64,000 bases of DNA from Dehalococcoidia bacterium (GTDB taxonomy: Bacteria > Chloroflexota > Dehalococcoidia > UBA6926), in contig CBDBLR010000003.1 in the NCBI GenBank assembly GCA_965207115.1, forward strand, positions 2,014-66,013, read 5' to 3'. The translations under genes and the position numbers were made by a program. Shown in pieces: positions 17,682-27,953 of the stretch. Positions within the stretch are counted from its first letter, which is position 1; each line of letters starts with the position of its first letter. The notes under the pieces were generated by a model, which saw only the letters and a list, made by a program, of their open reading frames with translations, did not search any database and was not told the origin of the DNA.

Positions 17682-19667
17682 TCACAATGCTCCGGCTGAC
17701 ATCGCAGCCGTCTGTTTTCTTTGAGTCATTCGATCAAACACCATCGCCATGAAAACGATGGTCATCCCCGCAACCAGGCCATGGCCCATCTCAAGCCGGA
17801 TGGAGTTGATAAATACTTCCTGCCCCAGGCCCGCGCCGCCCACCAGGCCTGCGATGATCACCATGGCCAACACCATGATGATGGTCTGGTTGAGGCCCAT
17901 CATGATCCTTGGCAGGGCCAGCGGTATCTTGACCTGGAGCATTGTCTGGAAGCCTGTGGAGCCATGGGACTGCGCTGTCTCGATCGCCTCGTTCGGAACT
18001 TCCTTTAACCCCAGTGAGGTCATGCGGATCACTGGAGGCAGCGCGTACACCGCTGTGGCAATGATGCCGACCAGCGGCCCAATGCCCCAGAGCATGATCA
18101 CCGGTATCAAGTAGACGAAGATTGGCATCGTCTGCATGGTGTCCAGGATGGGACGCAGGATCGACTCGAACGTCCTGCTCTGCGAAGCCAGGGCGCCGAG
18201 CGTGACACCAACGACTACCGTGAACATTCCCGCAGTCAGCACCTGGCTCAGTGTGACAACGGTCACGTCCCAAAGCCCGCCGATGCCCGCGAACAAGAGC
18301 CCCATAACTGCAAGTAAGGCCACGCGCCATCCCGCGGCAAGATACGCGGCAACGGCCGCAATCACCATCAGCGCCGGCCAGGGAAGCCAGAGCAGGAACG
18401 TATTAATGGGTGAATACCCTAGCTCACGGAACAAGGTATCGCGTATCCAGCTTGTCACACCGTAGAAATTGATAGCCATCCAGTCGAAGACGCTATTGAT
18501 CTGGTCCGACATCGTAAAGGTCAACTCGTCTGGGAAATCCCTCAGTGGAGAGATGAATGCGCCGAGGAGTGCAAGGACCCCCATCAGTACGATGCCAGCA
18601 ACAAGAAACGGGTTCTGAGAAGCCATGTTGCGGATGGTCTTGCCGGCTGTCCTCTCGCCGGAGGGCTTGGCCGATGAGGCGGCCGTATTGGCTCGCGGAC
18701 CGGACTGAGCAAGGGCGTAACTGAACCTGTCCAGGATGATGGCCAACAGCACGATGGCGATGCCGCTCTGCAGCCCATCCCCGGCGTCCACCTCCCTCAG
18801 CGAGAGCCAGACATCCCGGCCGAGGCCCTCCACGCCGACCAGCGCGGTAATGATCACCATGGCAACCGCCATCATGATGGTCTGGTTAACGCCCATCATG
18901 ATTGAGCTCTTGGCCAACGGAATCTGAACGTGAAATAGCGTCTGGGTGGGTGTTGATCCATGAGATTGGGCGGTTTCGACAACTTCCTGTGGAACCTGGC
19001 GAATCCCAAGGTTGGTCAGTCTGATGACGGGCGCAATGGAATAAACGACAGTCAGGAAAACGCCCTGCGCCCCGGCCACCCCAAACAAGACCAGCGCCGG
19101 AATGAGGTACACAAAGGCGGGCAGCACCTGCATCGTGTCAAGAACTGGGCGGACCATCGCCTCGAATCGATTGCTGAATGCCGCCAATATGCCAATGGGC
19201 ACACCGATTCCGACGGCGATAAGCACGGAAAGTCCGACCATGCTTAGAGTGACCATCGCGGAGTCCCAGAAACCAATTAACCCCGTGAACAGAGCAGCCA
19301 CGCCGCTAAACACTCCCAGCCATTTGCCGCCTAGCCGGAAACCCACAAGTGAAACCCCTGCCACCACAAGCGGCCAGGGGAGCCACAGCAGAAGGGCGTC
19401 AATTCCGGCTATGCCTGCGTCTAGCACGTCGGCGATAGGATTGAAGAACCAGGCGAACGTATCGCCGACCCACTCAAAACTCGTGTCGATGACCCCTTGG
19501 ATGGGCAGTTCCCAACTGCGCGGCCAGTTGCCAAAATCGGTGTTTGCCTGATTCGTCGCCAGTGTATAGGCCAAGAGATAGGTAAAGGCAACAATTACCG
19601 CCCACAGGAGCCACCGGAATCGTGACTCTCGGAGAAACTGGAGCTGCAGTGTATCCGTACGGATCAC
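17682..19667 (-). CDS. proW: ABC transporter permease, tandem-duplicated (two ProW-like TMDs fused), 661 aa
   Basis: Two copies of the EAA-loop-containing permease core (…SHGSTP/SHGSTG…QVKIPLA…). Confidence 0.8.
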   Translation of the reverse strand: MIRTDTLQLQFLRESRFRWLLWAVIVAFTYLLAYTLATNQANTDFGNWPRSWELPIQGVIDTSFEWVGDTFAWFFNPIADVLDAGIAGIDALLLWLPWPLVVAGVSLVGFRLGGKWLGVFSGVAALFTGLIGFWDSAMVTLSMVGLSVLIAVGIGVPIGILAAFSNRFEAMVRPVLDTMQVLPAFVYLIPALVLFGVAGAQGVFLTVVYSIAPVIRLTNLGIRQVPQEVVETAQSHGSTPTQTLFHVQIPLAKSSIMMGVNQTIMMAVAMVIITALVGVEGLGRDVWLSLREVDAGDGLQSGIAIVLLAIILDRFSYALAQSGPRANTAASSAKPSGERTAGKTIRNMASQNPFLVAGIVLMGVLALLGAFISPLRDFPDELTFTMSDQINSVFDWMAINFYGVTSWIRDTLFRELGYSPINTFLLWLPWPALMVIAAVAAYLAAGWRVALLAVMGLLFAGIGGLWDVTVVTLSQVLTAGMFTVVVGVTLGALASQSRTFESILRPILDTMQTMPIFVYLIPVIMLWGIGPLVGIIATAVYALPPVIRMTSLGLKEVPNEAIETAQSHGSTGFQTMLQVKIPLALPRIMMGLNQTIIMVLAMVIIAGLVGGAGLGQEVFINSIRLEMGHGLVAGMTIVFMAMVFDRMTQRKQTAAMSAGAL

Positions 19668-20983
19668 GCTACACCCTCGTCACTCACCAGGGCGGCCATC
19701 GCCTCTACCCGGGTTATTGTGCCGATGCATCGGCCGTCGTCCAGGACGGCGATGGGTGCGTCATTGTCGATGACGAGGGGAATGAGCCGTTCTAGACGGG
19801 TGTCTGCTTCTGTAACAGGGCATGAGTCCTGCATCGTGGATGCCACGCTGGTGTGCGCTGCCGCGCCATTCCTTGGTACATCGTCCAGGTGCACGGTTCC
19901 GATGAATAAACCTTCCCCGTCCACCACCACCGCGCATTCGCATTCCTGCGCGGCCATTGCGCTCATCACGTCAGCCACTGACTGATCCGCCGTCACATAG
20001 ACGGAGGGCTCTGTCATCACAGAACGGGCGGTGAGGACCTTTGAACGCGGCACGTCCCGTGTGAAGTCCCGCACGTAGTCGTCAATGGGATTGGAGACCA
20101 ACTCTTCGGGTGTGCCGACCTGGACGAACTCTCCGTCCTTCATGATGGCCACACGGTCTCCCACCTTGATGGCCTCCAAGAAATCGTGTGTGATGAAGAC
20201 CATCGTCTTCTTGACCATCTGCTGGAGCCCGATCAACTGATCCTGCATATCCCGACGGATGAGAGGATCAAGAGCGCTGAACGGCTCATCGAAGAGAAGA
20301 ATCTCGGGGTCGACGGCCAGGGCGCGCGCCAACCCGATACGCTGCTGCATCCCCCCGCTCAGCTCATGAGGATATCGCTGCTCCCAACCTGACAAGCCCA
20401 CCAGGTCAATGACTTCCTCCGCGCGATGAAGCTGCGTGGCCTTATCGATGCCCTGGACCTGGAGACCGTACACGACGTTATCAAGGACCCGCTTGTGGGG
20501 GAAGTTGCCGAAGTGCTGGAAGACCATGCCCATCTTGTGACGACGGACATCCCTCAGCTGCTGCTTGCTCATAGCGAGCAAGTCCTCACCGTCTACGTGG
20601 ACATGTCCGAGGGTCGGCTCGATGAGTCTGCTCAAACAGCGGACAAGCGTGGACTTGCCGCTGCCGGAAAGACCCATGATGACAAAGGTCTCTCCGTCAG
20701 ATACATCGAACGAGACGTCCCGCACGGCGAGAACGCTCCCGGTCTCGGCCAGAACATCTTCCCGGGTCTGGCCGGGCTCTACAGAATCGGCAAGCTCCTC
20801 GGCTCCGTCTCCAAAGACCTTCCAGAGGTTCTCGCAGACAAGTCGGGTCTCGACCTCTAAGCCGGGTTCGTCGGCAGGTCGCGAATGATCGGCAGCATTG
20901 AGCGCTGCGGCATGATTATCGATATGGCACACCCCCCCACGGTGTTTCTCCACTCGGGTATGAGCAGGGCTGACAGGAGGCAT
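19664..20983 (-). CDS. proV: glycine betaine ABC transporter ATP-binding protein with C-terminal CBS pair (ProV/OpuAA); start at internal ATG 20983
   Basis: Walker [10 protein letters not shown], signature LSGGMQQR, Walker [13 protein letters not shown]-loop ITHD, CBS pair. The track ORF extends to 21886, but that N-terminal ~300 aa is antisense to the nitroreductase gene. Confidence 0.75.
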   Translation of the reverse strand: MPPVSPAHTRVEKHRGGVCHIDNHAAALNAADHSRPADEPGLEVETRLVCENLWKVFGDGAEELADSVEPGQTREDVLAETGSVLAVRDVSFDVSDGETFVIMGLSGSGKSTLVRCLSRLIEPTLGHVHVDGEDLLAMSKQQLRDVRRHKMGMVFQHFGNFPHKRVLDNVVYGLQVQGIDKATQLHRAEEVIDLVGLSGWEQRYPHELSGGMQQRIGLARALAVDPEILLFDEPFSALDPLIRRDMQDQLIGLQQMVKKTMVFITHDFLEAIKVGDRVAIMKDGEFVQVGTPEELVSNPIDDYVRDFTRDVPRSKVLTARSVMTEPSVYVTADQSVADVMSAMAAQECECAVVVDGEGLFIGTVHLDDVPRNGAAAHTSVASTMQDSCPVTEADTRLERLIPLVIDNDAPIAVLDDGRCIGTITRVEAMAALVSDEGVA

Positions 20984-21259
20984 CGTCTCCGGCGCCACCC
21001 ACCGCCTTAGTGGTACAGCGGTGAGATTTAGACGCTTCGGCCAATCTGGACGCGTGTCGTCCAGCCCGCCCCCTGGTATTCCTTGGTCTAGCCCCCCCAA
21101 ATTTGAGATTCGTCGCAGTGTACAGGAAATCGGCGCGTTGAGTAAACTTTTGGTTAAAATCGTAAAATTTCCCGTCGACACGTGGCATCTGGTGCAGCGA
21201 CCGGCCTCATGCGCACGTACGCTAACAGAGTCCGCCAACCCGATGCCGCAGGAAGAAAT

Positions 21260-21883
21260 ATGAGCACAAAAATGAAACTGGACAGTGACGGTGTGGAGAT
21301 TCCCTCCACGCCGGTCAGTGTCTACGAGGCAATCTATCGGCGGCGACACGTGAAGGATTTCACGTCCGACGCCGTTACCCGCGAAACGCTGGAACGGCTC
21401 TTCTCCGCAGCTGTCTGGGCGCCCAATCATCGCCTTACTGAACCAACTCGCTTCTTCGCCGTCCAAAAAGACAGCCCCATCAGGACGAAGATCGCCGATA
21501 TCGCCTGGCAGGCGGCATATGACGGCGTGACCAATCCCAACCCTGAGCAGAAGCAGCGCTCCGCAGATGATCTGCAGGACCGGGTCCTGACCGCCCCCGC
21601 CATGGTCTACATCTATAGCGTCAGAGGTCTGATCGAGGAGATCAGCCGCGAAAACTACGCCGCATCCTGCATCGCCGTCCACAACATGGCCCTCGCCGCC
21701 GTAGCGGAAGGCCTCAGCCTTGGGTGGAGCACAGGGCGACTCACCAAGCTCCCCGGCTTGGCGGACATCCTGGGGGCGAACGAGGAATGGATGATGGTCG
21801 GAGTCGTGTTCATCGGCAAAGCCGCAGAAGACCCCGCAACACAGCGCACACCGCACTCTGAACACGTCACGTGGCTTGAGTGA
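21260..21883 (+). CDS. nitroreductase-family protein (207 aa)
   Basis: RBS AGGAAG before ATG 21260; nitroreductase-like sequence (…[10 protein letters not shown]…[13 protein letters not shown]…). Confidence 0.65.
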   Translation: MSTKMKLDSDGVEIPSTPVSVYEAIYRRRHVKDFTSDAVTRETLERLFSAAVWAPNHRLTEPTRFFAVQKDSPIRTKIADIAWQAAYDGVTNPNPEQKQRSADDLQDRVLTAPAMVYIYSVRGLIEEISRENYAASCIAVHNMALAAVAEGLSLGWSTGRLTKLPGLADILGANEEWMMVGVVFIGKAAEDPATQRTPHSEHVTWLE

Positions 21884-21960
21884 CAAACCCCAATTGCGGT
21901 GCGTTGACTTTCCCCGCTGTCGCTGGCAAGTTCGACTCTGAGATTCCTGAACCGGAGTGA

Positions 21961-22446
21961 ATGGGAATGGTCGACAAAACGACAGGGCCGTCTCGCAGAG
22001 CAGCGAGGCCTGCGAAAGAGTCCGCCCTAAAGCCCGCCGCCAACGGCATCGTCTACCTCTCCGGAGGCAACCCGCAGATCGCCAAGGGCGATGGTGATGC
22101 GCCCGTGCAGGCCTACATCGACGCCATGCCGGAATGGAAGAGCGATATTGGCCGACGCCTGGACGAACTCATCGTCCGCGCCGTCCCCAACGTCCGCAAG
22201 GCCGTCCGCTGGAACTCCCCCTTCTACGGCACGGAAGAGCACGGCTGGTTCGTCAGCTACCACGTCTTCGCCAAGTACATCAAGCTGACGTTCATGAACG
22301 GCGCAGGGCTGGACCCCATCCCCCCCGGCGGCGGCAAGGACCCGGACGCCCGCTGGATCGACCTCTACGAAAACGATTTCGACGAATCCCAACTAACAAA
22401 CTGGATCCAACAATCCGCCACCCTCCCAGCCTGGAAAGGCTTCTAA
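21961..22446 (+). CDS. DUF1801 (YdhG-like) domain protein
   Basis: Conserved …[26 protein letters not shown]…WNSPFYG…[15 protein letters not shown] pattern. Confidence 0.6.
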   Translation: MGMVDKTTGPSRRAARPAKESALKPAANGIVYLSGGNPQIAKGDGDAPVQAYIDAMPEWKSDIGRRLDELIVRAVPNVRKAVRWNSPFYGTEEHGWFVSYHVFAKYIKLTFMNGAGLDPIPPGGGKDPDARWIDLYENDFDESQLTNWIQQSATLPAWKGF

Positions 22447-22460
22447 ACAACCACTACCGC

Positions 22461-22590
22461 CCTCGTTCACCCTGAGCCTGTCGAAGGGCCCCCACCCGTC
22501 ATTCCCGGCCTTACTCCCTAATTCCGGCGAGAGCCGGCATCCATGGATTCAGTCATTCAGAGCGCAGCAAGAGAACCCAAAGACGTGCCA
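22461..22590. repeat. composite REP-like element (modules B-A-A'-C)
   Basis: GTTCACCCTGAGCCTGTCGAAGGG + CGTCATTCCCGGCC + ATTCCGGCGAGAGCCGGCAT + GTCATTCAGAGCGCAGC; the same modules recur at about 11 other loci. Confidence 0.75.
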
Positions 22591-22712
22591 GATATCGGCA
22601 CGCTCTTCAGTATTTCCCAACGCAAACAAGGGATATTCACCGAGAAGAGACTTGGAACCAGACGAAAGGCTCAGTACAAGTCGTCGCCGGAGTACCGAAT
22701 AAGGCTTGGCGC

Positions 22713-24377
22713 TTATTGAGAGAGTCCTCCACCTAGCTCGCGGTGCATTCTGCGCAGAAAATCTACAATCTCGCGCAATCCTGACTCTGCTTCATCGACA
22801 CTGAGACGACTTGCCATTTCCTCGGCAAGTTCAGGCTTCCATGAATTCTTCGCGGCCTTTCGGCCAACGAGTTTCCTGATGGTCGATTCCACGCTAGAGT
22901 TCGACACAAGGTCATCTGAATTAAGCTCGACATCGTAAAGAGTTTCCACAGCCTTCTGCAAGGTATCCACCGGATAATGGTCTTCCAACGTCCCCCTGGC
23001 TAGTATCTGACAGTTTTCTGGCACGACATGACCCTTGTCAATTGCCTCCTGTGCCTCGACTTCGGCATCTTTATCTAGAATGAGGAACAAAGGTAGACCT
23101 GCTTCCCGACCTACTTCGGCCCAGAACTCAATCTTCCTTCTTCCTCGCGGGTATCCATTTGCTGAAATCACCTTGACGTGGCGCTCAGCAAGCGAGGCTC
23201 CAATCAGATCACTTATTCTACTGTAAAACAAGTTGTCTGAGAGGCCTTCAACCAGCAAAATGGCGTCACAGAATAGAATGTCGCTAGGCCTCATACCAAT
23301 GCCAAACAGTGTGTGCTGGAGGCCCGCGATATCGTCTAGCCGCTTAACTTTTGTTTCAGTTGACGGCTTGCTGACGGAATACAAACCCTTGAGTGGCGAG
23401 TATTCTACCAAGAATGGAGAGTGAGTAGCTATGAATAGCTGCTTGCCACTTTCGGCGATTTCTGTCAGATATTGCCCGACTTGCTTAATGAGACCAGGGT
23501 GCAAGTGTGTCTCCGGCTCCTCAATGACAATTAGCGGGCCACTGCTCTCAATTTGATCAACTAATTTGAGGGTATTCTGTGTGCCTTCGCCCGTCATGCC
23601 CAGCGAAACCGTTACGTCCCCTTCCTCCACCTGAATTGAGGAGTCTACTCCCACCAGTCTGTGGCCATTGGGAGTGAACCTTTCAAATTGTTGGCCCAAC
23701 TTCGTCCAGGGGCGGCGTTTCAGTCCCTTAGATTGGGACGAGATCCAGAGCTCCTGTGCCTGTTCGTCGTCGACTATGGTCGGACGTTCCCTAAATCGGT
23801 CAGACCAATCCGGGCGAGATTCGGAAGTCTGAACGACTGTTAGGCTGTACCTAAGGAGGTCTGAGAGTCGCTGAACCAGGTCAGCAATCGTGACTGAGAC
23901 CGAAATGTTGGATTCCACCAACAAAGCAGAGTCGATTTGACTATAGACCTCCTCTCCATTCCGTATGTAGTCGATGCCGTCAAATCTCAGACTATCTATC
24001 ACCCAAGTAATTGATGTACCCGCCAGATGGAAGCCCTTTTCTATGTAGACTTCCGGGCTGTAATCGAGTTGGAAAAGCTCGTCGTTGCCAAAGAGTTGCC
24101 CCCATTCATCCTCTGTTAGTGAAAGTGTGGCAGAAATGGTGGAAGGTGCGTCGACATAAGCATCATGTGCAGGGAAGAGGTGCTGGAACTCGTCGATTGC
24201 TCCCAATTCCCTTTCCATATCGGGGCCGAATTCAAGGAAGAGAAGAGACATGGCGTCAATAATATTTGACTTGCCCGAGCTATTCTTGCCAATGAAAACC
24301 GCGAGACCCGGTAACTCACGCAACTCAACGTCAATAAGGCTTGTGAAGTTGCGCACATGAAGAGTCTTGATTTTCAA
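22713..24377 (-). CDS. OLD-family (overcoming lysogenization defect) ABC-ATPase + TOPRIM nuclease, standalone (P2 Old / GajA-like); probable TTG start 24377 (alt GTG 24401)
   Basis: N-term KIKTLHVRNF…FIGKNSSGKSN (Walker A); LIVIEEPETHLHP (Walker B/D-loop); ATHSPFL (H-loop); TOPRIM LLVEGLSD … LILDKDAE. Gene GC ~48% vs ~64% flanks. SD AAGGAG before TTG. No adjacent UvrD-like helicase. Confidence 0.8.
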   Translation of the reverse strand: MKIKTLHVRNFTSLIDVELRELPGLAVFIGKNSSGKSNIIDAMSLLFLEFGPDMERELGAIDEFQHLFPAHDAYVDAPSTISATLSLTEDEWGQLFGNDELFQLDYSPEVYIEKGFHLAGTSITWVIDSLRFDGIDYIRNGEEVYSQIDSALLVESNISVSVTIADLVQRLSDLLRYSLTVVQTSESRPDWSDRFRERPTIVDDEQAQELWISSQSKGLKRRPWTKLGQQFERFTPNGHRLVGVDSSIQVEEGDVTVSLGMTGEGTQNTLKLVDQIESSGPLIVIEEPETHLHPGLIKQVGQYLTEIAESGKQLFIATHSPFLVEYSPLKGLYSVSKPSTETKVKRLDDIAGLQHTLFGIGMRPSDILFCDAILLVEGLSDNLFYSRISDLIGASLAERHVKVISANGYPRGRRKIEFWAEVGREAGLPLFLILDKDAEVEAQEAIDKGHVVPENCQILARGTLEDHYPVDTLQKAVETLYDVELNSDDLVSNSSVESTIRKLVGRKAAKNSWKPELAEEMASRLSVDEAESGLREIVDFLRRMHRELGGGLSQ

Positions 24378-24596
24378 CTTGGACAGTCTCCTTGCTCCCA
24401 CCCGCCTCTCATCTTACGATTGCCAGCATGCCTGATGACCATATCTTGTGTATTTTAGCTTATGTGTACGTATGTAGCAATCTAGAATCGCCCTTCTGCG
24501 TTGACAGGCATGGGGCAAGAATCACTTAGCTGGAATAGCGTACATTGGCAAGTTAGTCGTGAGTGAATTCAACAATCGACGGCCGCGCACTCCCCC

Positions 24597-25280
24597 TCAA
24601 ACCCTCTCTACTTGCCCAACCTCCACCCCTAACACCACGTCCAACACCTCTAGAATCAACTGCGTCGGCACACGGTCCCCGATATCCACCCCGACGTAAC
24701 CCCAGATCACACCGCCGTCCGGTTGGATGACGAACGTCGCGGGCGCGGCCACACCGTCCCCCAGCAGATTGAACACCCCGTAACTCTTCGACACGTCCTC
24801 GCTCGTGTCCGCCAGGATCGGAAACTCCGCCCCCGCCATCACCTCCATCCGCTCGGCATCGACCAATAAGTCCGTGCTGATCGCCGCGAGGCCGACGTTC
24901 CGGCTCTCAAACTCGTCGTAGAAACTCTGCAACTCGACCAGTTGCTGCTGGCAGATGCCTCAACCGTAGCTGCGATAGAAGACCACCACGAGCGCGTCGC
25001 GCCCCGCCAACAGATCATCCAGCGTATGCCTCTCGCCCGTGCCCGTCGAAAGCGAGAAATCCGGCGCTTGTGGCGCTTCGGGCTCCGGAATCTCTGTTGG
25101 AACCACGGTGGGCGAAGGCAGAGGCGTGTCCGTCGGGAACGGCGTCACAGTGGGTGAGGGCGCAAGAGTTGGAGCGGGTGTTGGAGTTTCCTCCGAGCAA
25201 CCCGCGACGAGGATGGCAATTGCCGCCAACATGGCTGTCAACAACAACAATTGGATGGGCACGAATCTACGGGTAATCAC
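24597..25280 (-). CDS. lipoprotein thioredoxin-fold redoxin (AhpC/TSA-TlpA-like) with in-frame TGA at catalytic Cys position: candidate selenoprotein (UxxC), alternatively pseudogene
   Basis: Track ORFs 24960..25280 and 24597..24932 are in frame (30 nt apart), separated only by TGA 24960-24962. Context …VVVFYRSYG-[TGA]-GICQQQLVEL… places the TGA exactly where redoxins carry the first Cys of CxxC. Stem-loop GCAAC-UGGUCGA-GUUGC begins 17 nt downstream. Confidence 0.5.
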
Positions 25281-25302
25281 CCCTCCATACTAATCGGCCT
25301 CC

Positions 25303-25440
25303 GCTCACCCTGAGCTTGTCGAAGGGCGACCAATATTGTCATTCCGAGCGCAGCCGAGGAATCTAAAGCCGTAATTGGGAAGCCCTCCCGCTCACCCTGA
25401 GCTTGTCGAAGGGTTCCCCGCTCCGGGATTCAGACGCCTA
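25303..25440. repeat. composite REP-like element (B-C-B-A')
   Basis: Two copies of GCTCACCCTGAGCTTGTCGAAGGG flanking GTCATTCCGAGCGCAGCCGAGGAATCTAAAGCC. Confidence 0.75.
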
Positions 25441-25496
25441 CTTGTTCCCTCAGCGATACTTAAGCGATATGAAAGATAGGAGGATTTGGTAATCGA

Positions 25497-26294
25497 ATGG
25501 ACTTTACGCGAACTCTAAACCCACTCCTTGTTTTCCTGGTTGCCGCACTGACCGCGTTTGCGCTCGCCTGCGGCACGGCGGCAGAGCCGACGGCAACAGC
25601 CACGCCCGTGCCTCCCGCGCCAACGGCCACACCTGCTCCCCCCACCCCAACACCCACACCGGAGCCAACAGCGACCGCTGAGTCAATGTCCGACTCCATG
25701 CCCACGCTGGGCGCAAATTCTACGTGGCAGGACGTGGTTGGCGCTCTCTTTACCGACGAAGAATCCGCCTGCGTGCGTGACACCGTTGGTGAAGAGATAT
25801 ATGCCGCCATGCTGAATCAGCCATTCCTGGATCAATCCCTTGAAAGCAATGCAAGCGCAGTGGCTCACTGCCTATCACAGGAATCTCAGGTGGATCTGTA
25901 CTTGGCGGCCATGTCCGGCGCAGCCGGCGGGGGCATCAGCACTGAGAGTCTGGCGTGTCTGAAGGCAGGCCTAATCGACACCGGTGAGGACTTCTTCGCA
26001 GATGAGACCCAACCGGCGGTCGCGGTGGTGTTCTTGAACTGCCTGTCCGAAGATGAATTGGCAGCGTTGGCGGCCTCGTCTGCGTTGGAACCGGCCGGGG
26101 AGACATCCGAAACGACCCCGCTGGAGTTGCTGCGCGCTCAAGCCGGACTTGATCCGAACGTCCAGGCCCTGTTTGATTGCCTTGATCAGAACGCCACCCA
26201 ACGTGAGTTGGAGGCGTACTTCAATGAGAACTCCCAGACACTCCCCTCAGCGGCAATGGAGTGCTTCGTACTGCACCCGTTGGCCGGTGGATAG
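25497..26294 (+). CDS. secreted lipoprotein of unknown function (Pro/Thr-rich linker)
   Basis: RBS AGGAGG; signal peptide + lipobox LAC; PT-rich linker. Confidence 0.5.
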   Translation: MDFTRTLNPLLVFLVAALTAFALACGTAAEPTATATPVPPAPTATPAPPTPTPTPEPTATAESMSDSMPTLGANSTWQDVVGALFTDEESACVRDTVGEEIYAAMLNQPFLDQSLESNASAVAHCLSQESQVDLYLAAMSGAAGGGISTESLACLKAGLIDTGEDFFADETQPAVAVVFLNCLSEDELAALAASSALEPAGETSETTPLELLRAQAGLDPNVQALFDCLDQNATQRELEAYFNENSQTLPSAAMECFVLHPLAGG

Positions 26295-26358
26295 TCGTTC
26301 CCATGCTGCCCTGGCGAGCGAACCCACCCCATAGCCCGTAGAAAATCCTCGCCCAGTC

Positions 26359-26390
26359 AAAAAAATCCCTCCCCCCTGTGTGGGGGAGGG
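26359..26390 (-). terminator. Rho-independent terminator downstream of rplT
   Basis: 9-bp stem CCCTCCCCC / GGGGGAGGG with 6-nt loop CTGTGT; on the minus strand followed by a T7 tract. Confidence 0.65.
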
Positions 26391-26416
26391 TGGTGGCGGG
26401 GGGATTGAGCTAAGGC

Positions 26417-26791
26417 CTACGCCGCAGCCTTCTCCGCTTCTAGGGCTTCCTTCGCCGCCTCGGCAATCCGCGCAAACGCTTGCGGGTCCCGCACGGCCAG
26501 GTCGGCCAGCATCTTGCGATCGACAGCCACGTTCGCCAGCTTCAGGCCGTGAATAAGATTCCCGTACGTGATGTCATTCATCCGCGCCGCGGCGTTGATC
26601 CGCGTGATCCACAGTCGACGGAAGTCGCCCTTGCGCTCACGCCGGTGCTCATAGGCGTACTGCCACGAGTGCAGAAGGGACTCCTGCGCCCGGCGAAACA
26701 GCTTGTGCCGGGAGCCCCATTGCCCCTTCATCAGGTTGATGACTTCCTTGTGGCGGCGACGCGTTCGAGGCCCGCCCTTGATTCGGGTCAT
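26417..26791 (-). CDS. rplT: 50S ribosomal protein L20
   Basis: MTRIKGGPRTRRRHKEV… full-length L20. Confidence 0.95.
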   Translation of the reverse strand: MTRIKGGPRTRRRHKEVINLMKGQWGSRHKLFRRAQESLLHSWQYAYEHRRERKGDFRRLWITRINAAARMNDITYGNLIHGLKLANVAVDRKMLADLAVRDPQAFARIAEAAKEALEAEKAAA

Positions 26792-26835
26792 AGCTTTTAT
26801 TCCTCTCCGTAGTGTCCGAAAGGAGAAATGTGCCC

Positions 26836-27042
26836 TTACGGGCCGTACGGCAGCAGTCGCTGCACGCGACGCCTGTCCGCCGGGCTCAGGGGATGCTCAT
26901 CGCCGTACAGACGCTTCACGTCCTTCGGCTTGCGGCGGCGCAGGTGGCTCTGATGCCCCTTGCGCTTGGTCAGCTTGCCGGAGCCGGTCATGCCGATCCG
27001 CTTCTGAGTGCCCTTATGCGTCTTTAGTTTGTACTTTGCCAT
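26836..27042 (-). CDS. rpmI: 50S ribosomal protein L35
   Basis: MAKYKLKTHKGTQKR… L35. Confidence 0.95.
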   Translation of the reverse strand: MAKYKLKTHKGTQKRIGMTGSGKLTKRKGHQSHLRRRKPKDVKRLYGDEHPLSPADRRRVQRLLPYGP

Positions 27043-27079
27043 GGTGATTCCTGTCCCCGCGCTTGCTGACTATCTAATT

Positions 27080-27679
27080 CTACGCCTGATCGGTTGAAGC
27101 CGCGACGACAGGTGTCTCTTCAGCCTGCTCATCCGGAACTGCAGCCGGCTCTTCCAAAGAAGCCTCTAATGGGGCCTCAACCTGCTTCGCCGGCGCGGCA
27201 TGCTTGCGCTTCAGGGGGGCCAGGATCATGCTCATGCCCCGTCCCTCCAGCTGCGGCGCAACATCAATGCCCGCTATGTCCTCCACCTGTTCAGATACCT
27301 TCTTAAGCAGATTGATCGCCAACTCGGGATGCGTCGCCTCTCGACCTCTGAAAATCACCGAGACCTTGACCTTGTCCCCGCCGTCAATCAGCTTGCGTAC
27401 CGTCCTCGTCTTGAAGTCGATATCGTGCTGACCGATCTTGGGGCGGAGCCGCACCTCGCCGAGTTCCTGCGTGTGCTGTCCCTTGCGGAGCTCGCGCTCC
27501 TTCTTGGACTGCTCGTAGCGATACCGACCATAATCCAGGATACGGCACACAGGGGGCTGGGCGCCCGGGGCAACCTCAACCAGGTCAAGGCCCCGATCCT
27601 GCGCCAGCTGAATGGCGTCTGCCGTATGCATCACCCCAACTCGTTCCCCCGTGTCGGTCACCACAAGGACTTCCTGCAC
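27080..27679 (-). CDS. infC: translation initiation factor IF-3 (GTG start as in the ORF track; non-canonical start possible)
   Basis: PPVCRILDYGRYRYEQ … FRGREATHPE motifs; conserved infC-rpmI-rplT order. Confidence 0.9.
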   Translation of the reverse strand: MQEVLVVTDTGERVGVMHTADAIQLAQDRGLDLVEVAPGAQPPVCRILDYGRYRYEQSKKERELRKGQHTQELGEVRLRPKIGQHDIDFKTRTVRKLIDGGDKVKVSVIFRGREATHPELAINLLKKVSEQVEDIAGIDVAPQLEGRGMSMILAPLKRKHAAPAKQVEAPLEASLEEPAAVPDEQAEETPVVAASTDQA

Positions 27680-27953
27680 GGTTATGCGTTGGTTGACGCG
27701 GTAATCTCTCGGTATGTCTACTCCCTCGCTTTGAATCTGTCAGCCGTATCGCTCAAGCACGTACTCTACAATCCGCCCATTTACCCCGTCAAGAACGAAT
27801 ACATCACACCCAACCCGATTATTCTTTCCACTCCCTGTCATTCTGACCGCAATGTTGTATCCAAATTCCTGAAAGGCAGCCACAGCCGGAACGCGGCGAA
27901 ACAACTTCACACACTATTCAGCCCTGCTCACGAACTATGGCTGTAGGCACTGC

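Noticed and set aside
27200-27946. 248-aa plus-strand ORF opposite infC
   Set aside because: Overlaps the conserved infC coding region on the other strand; no motifs.
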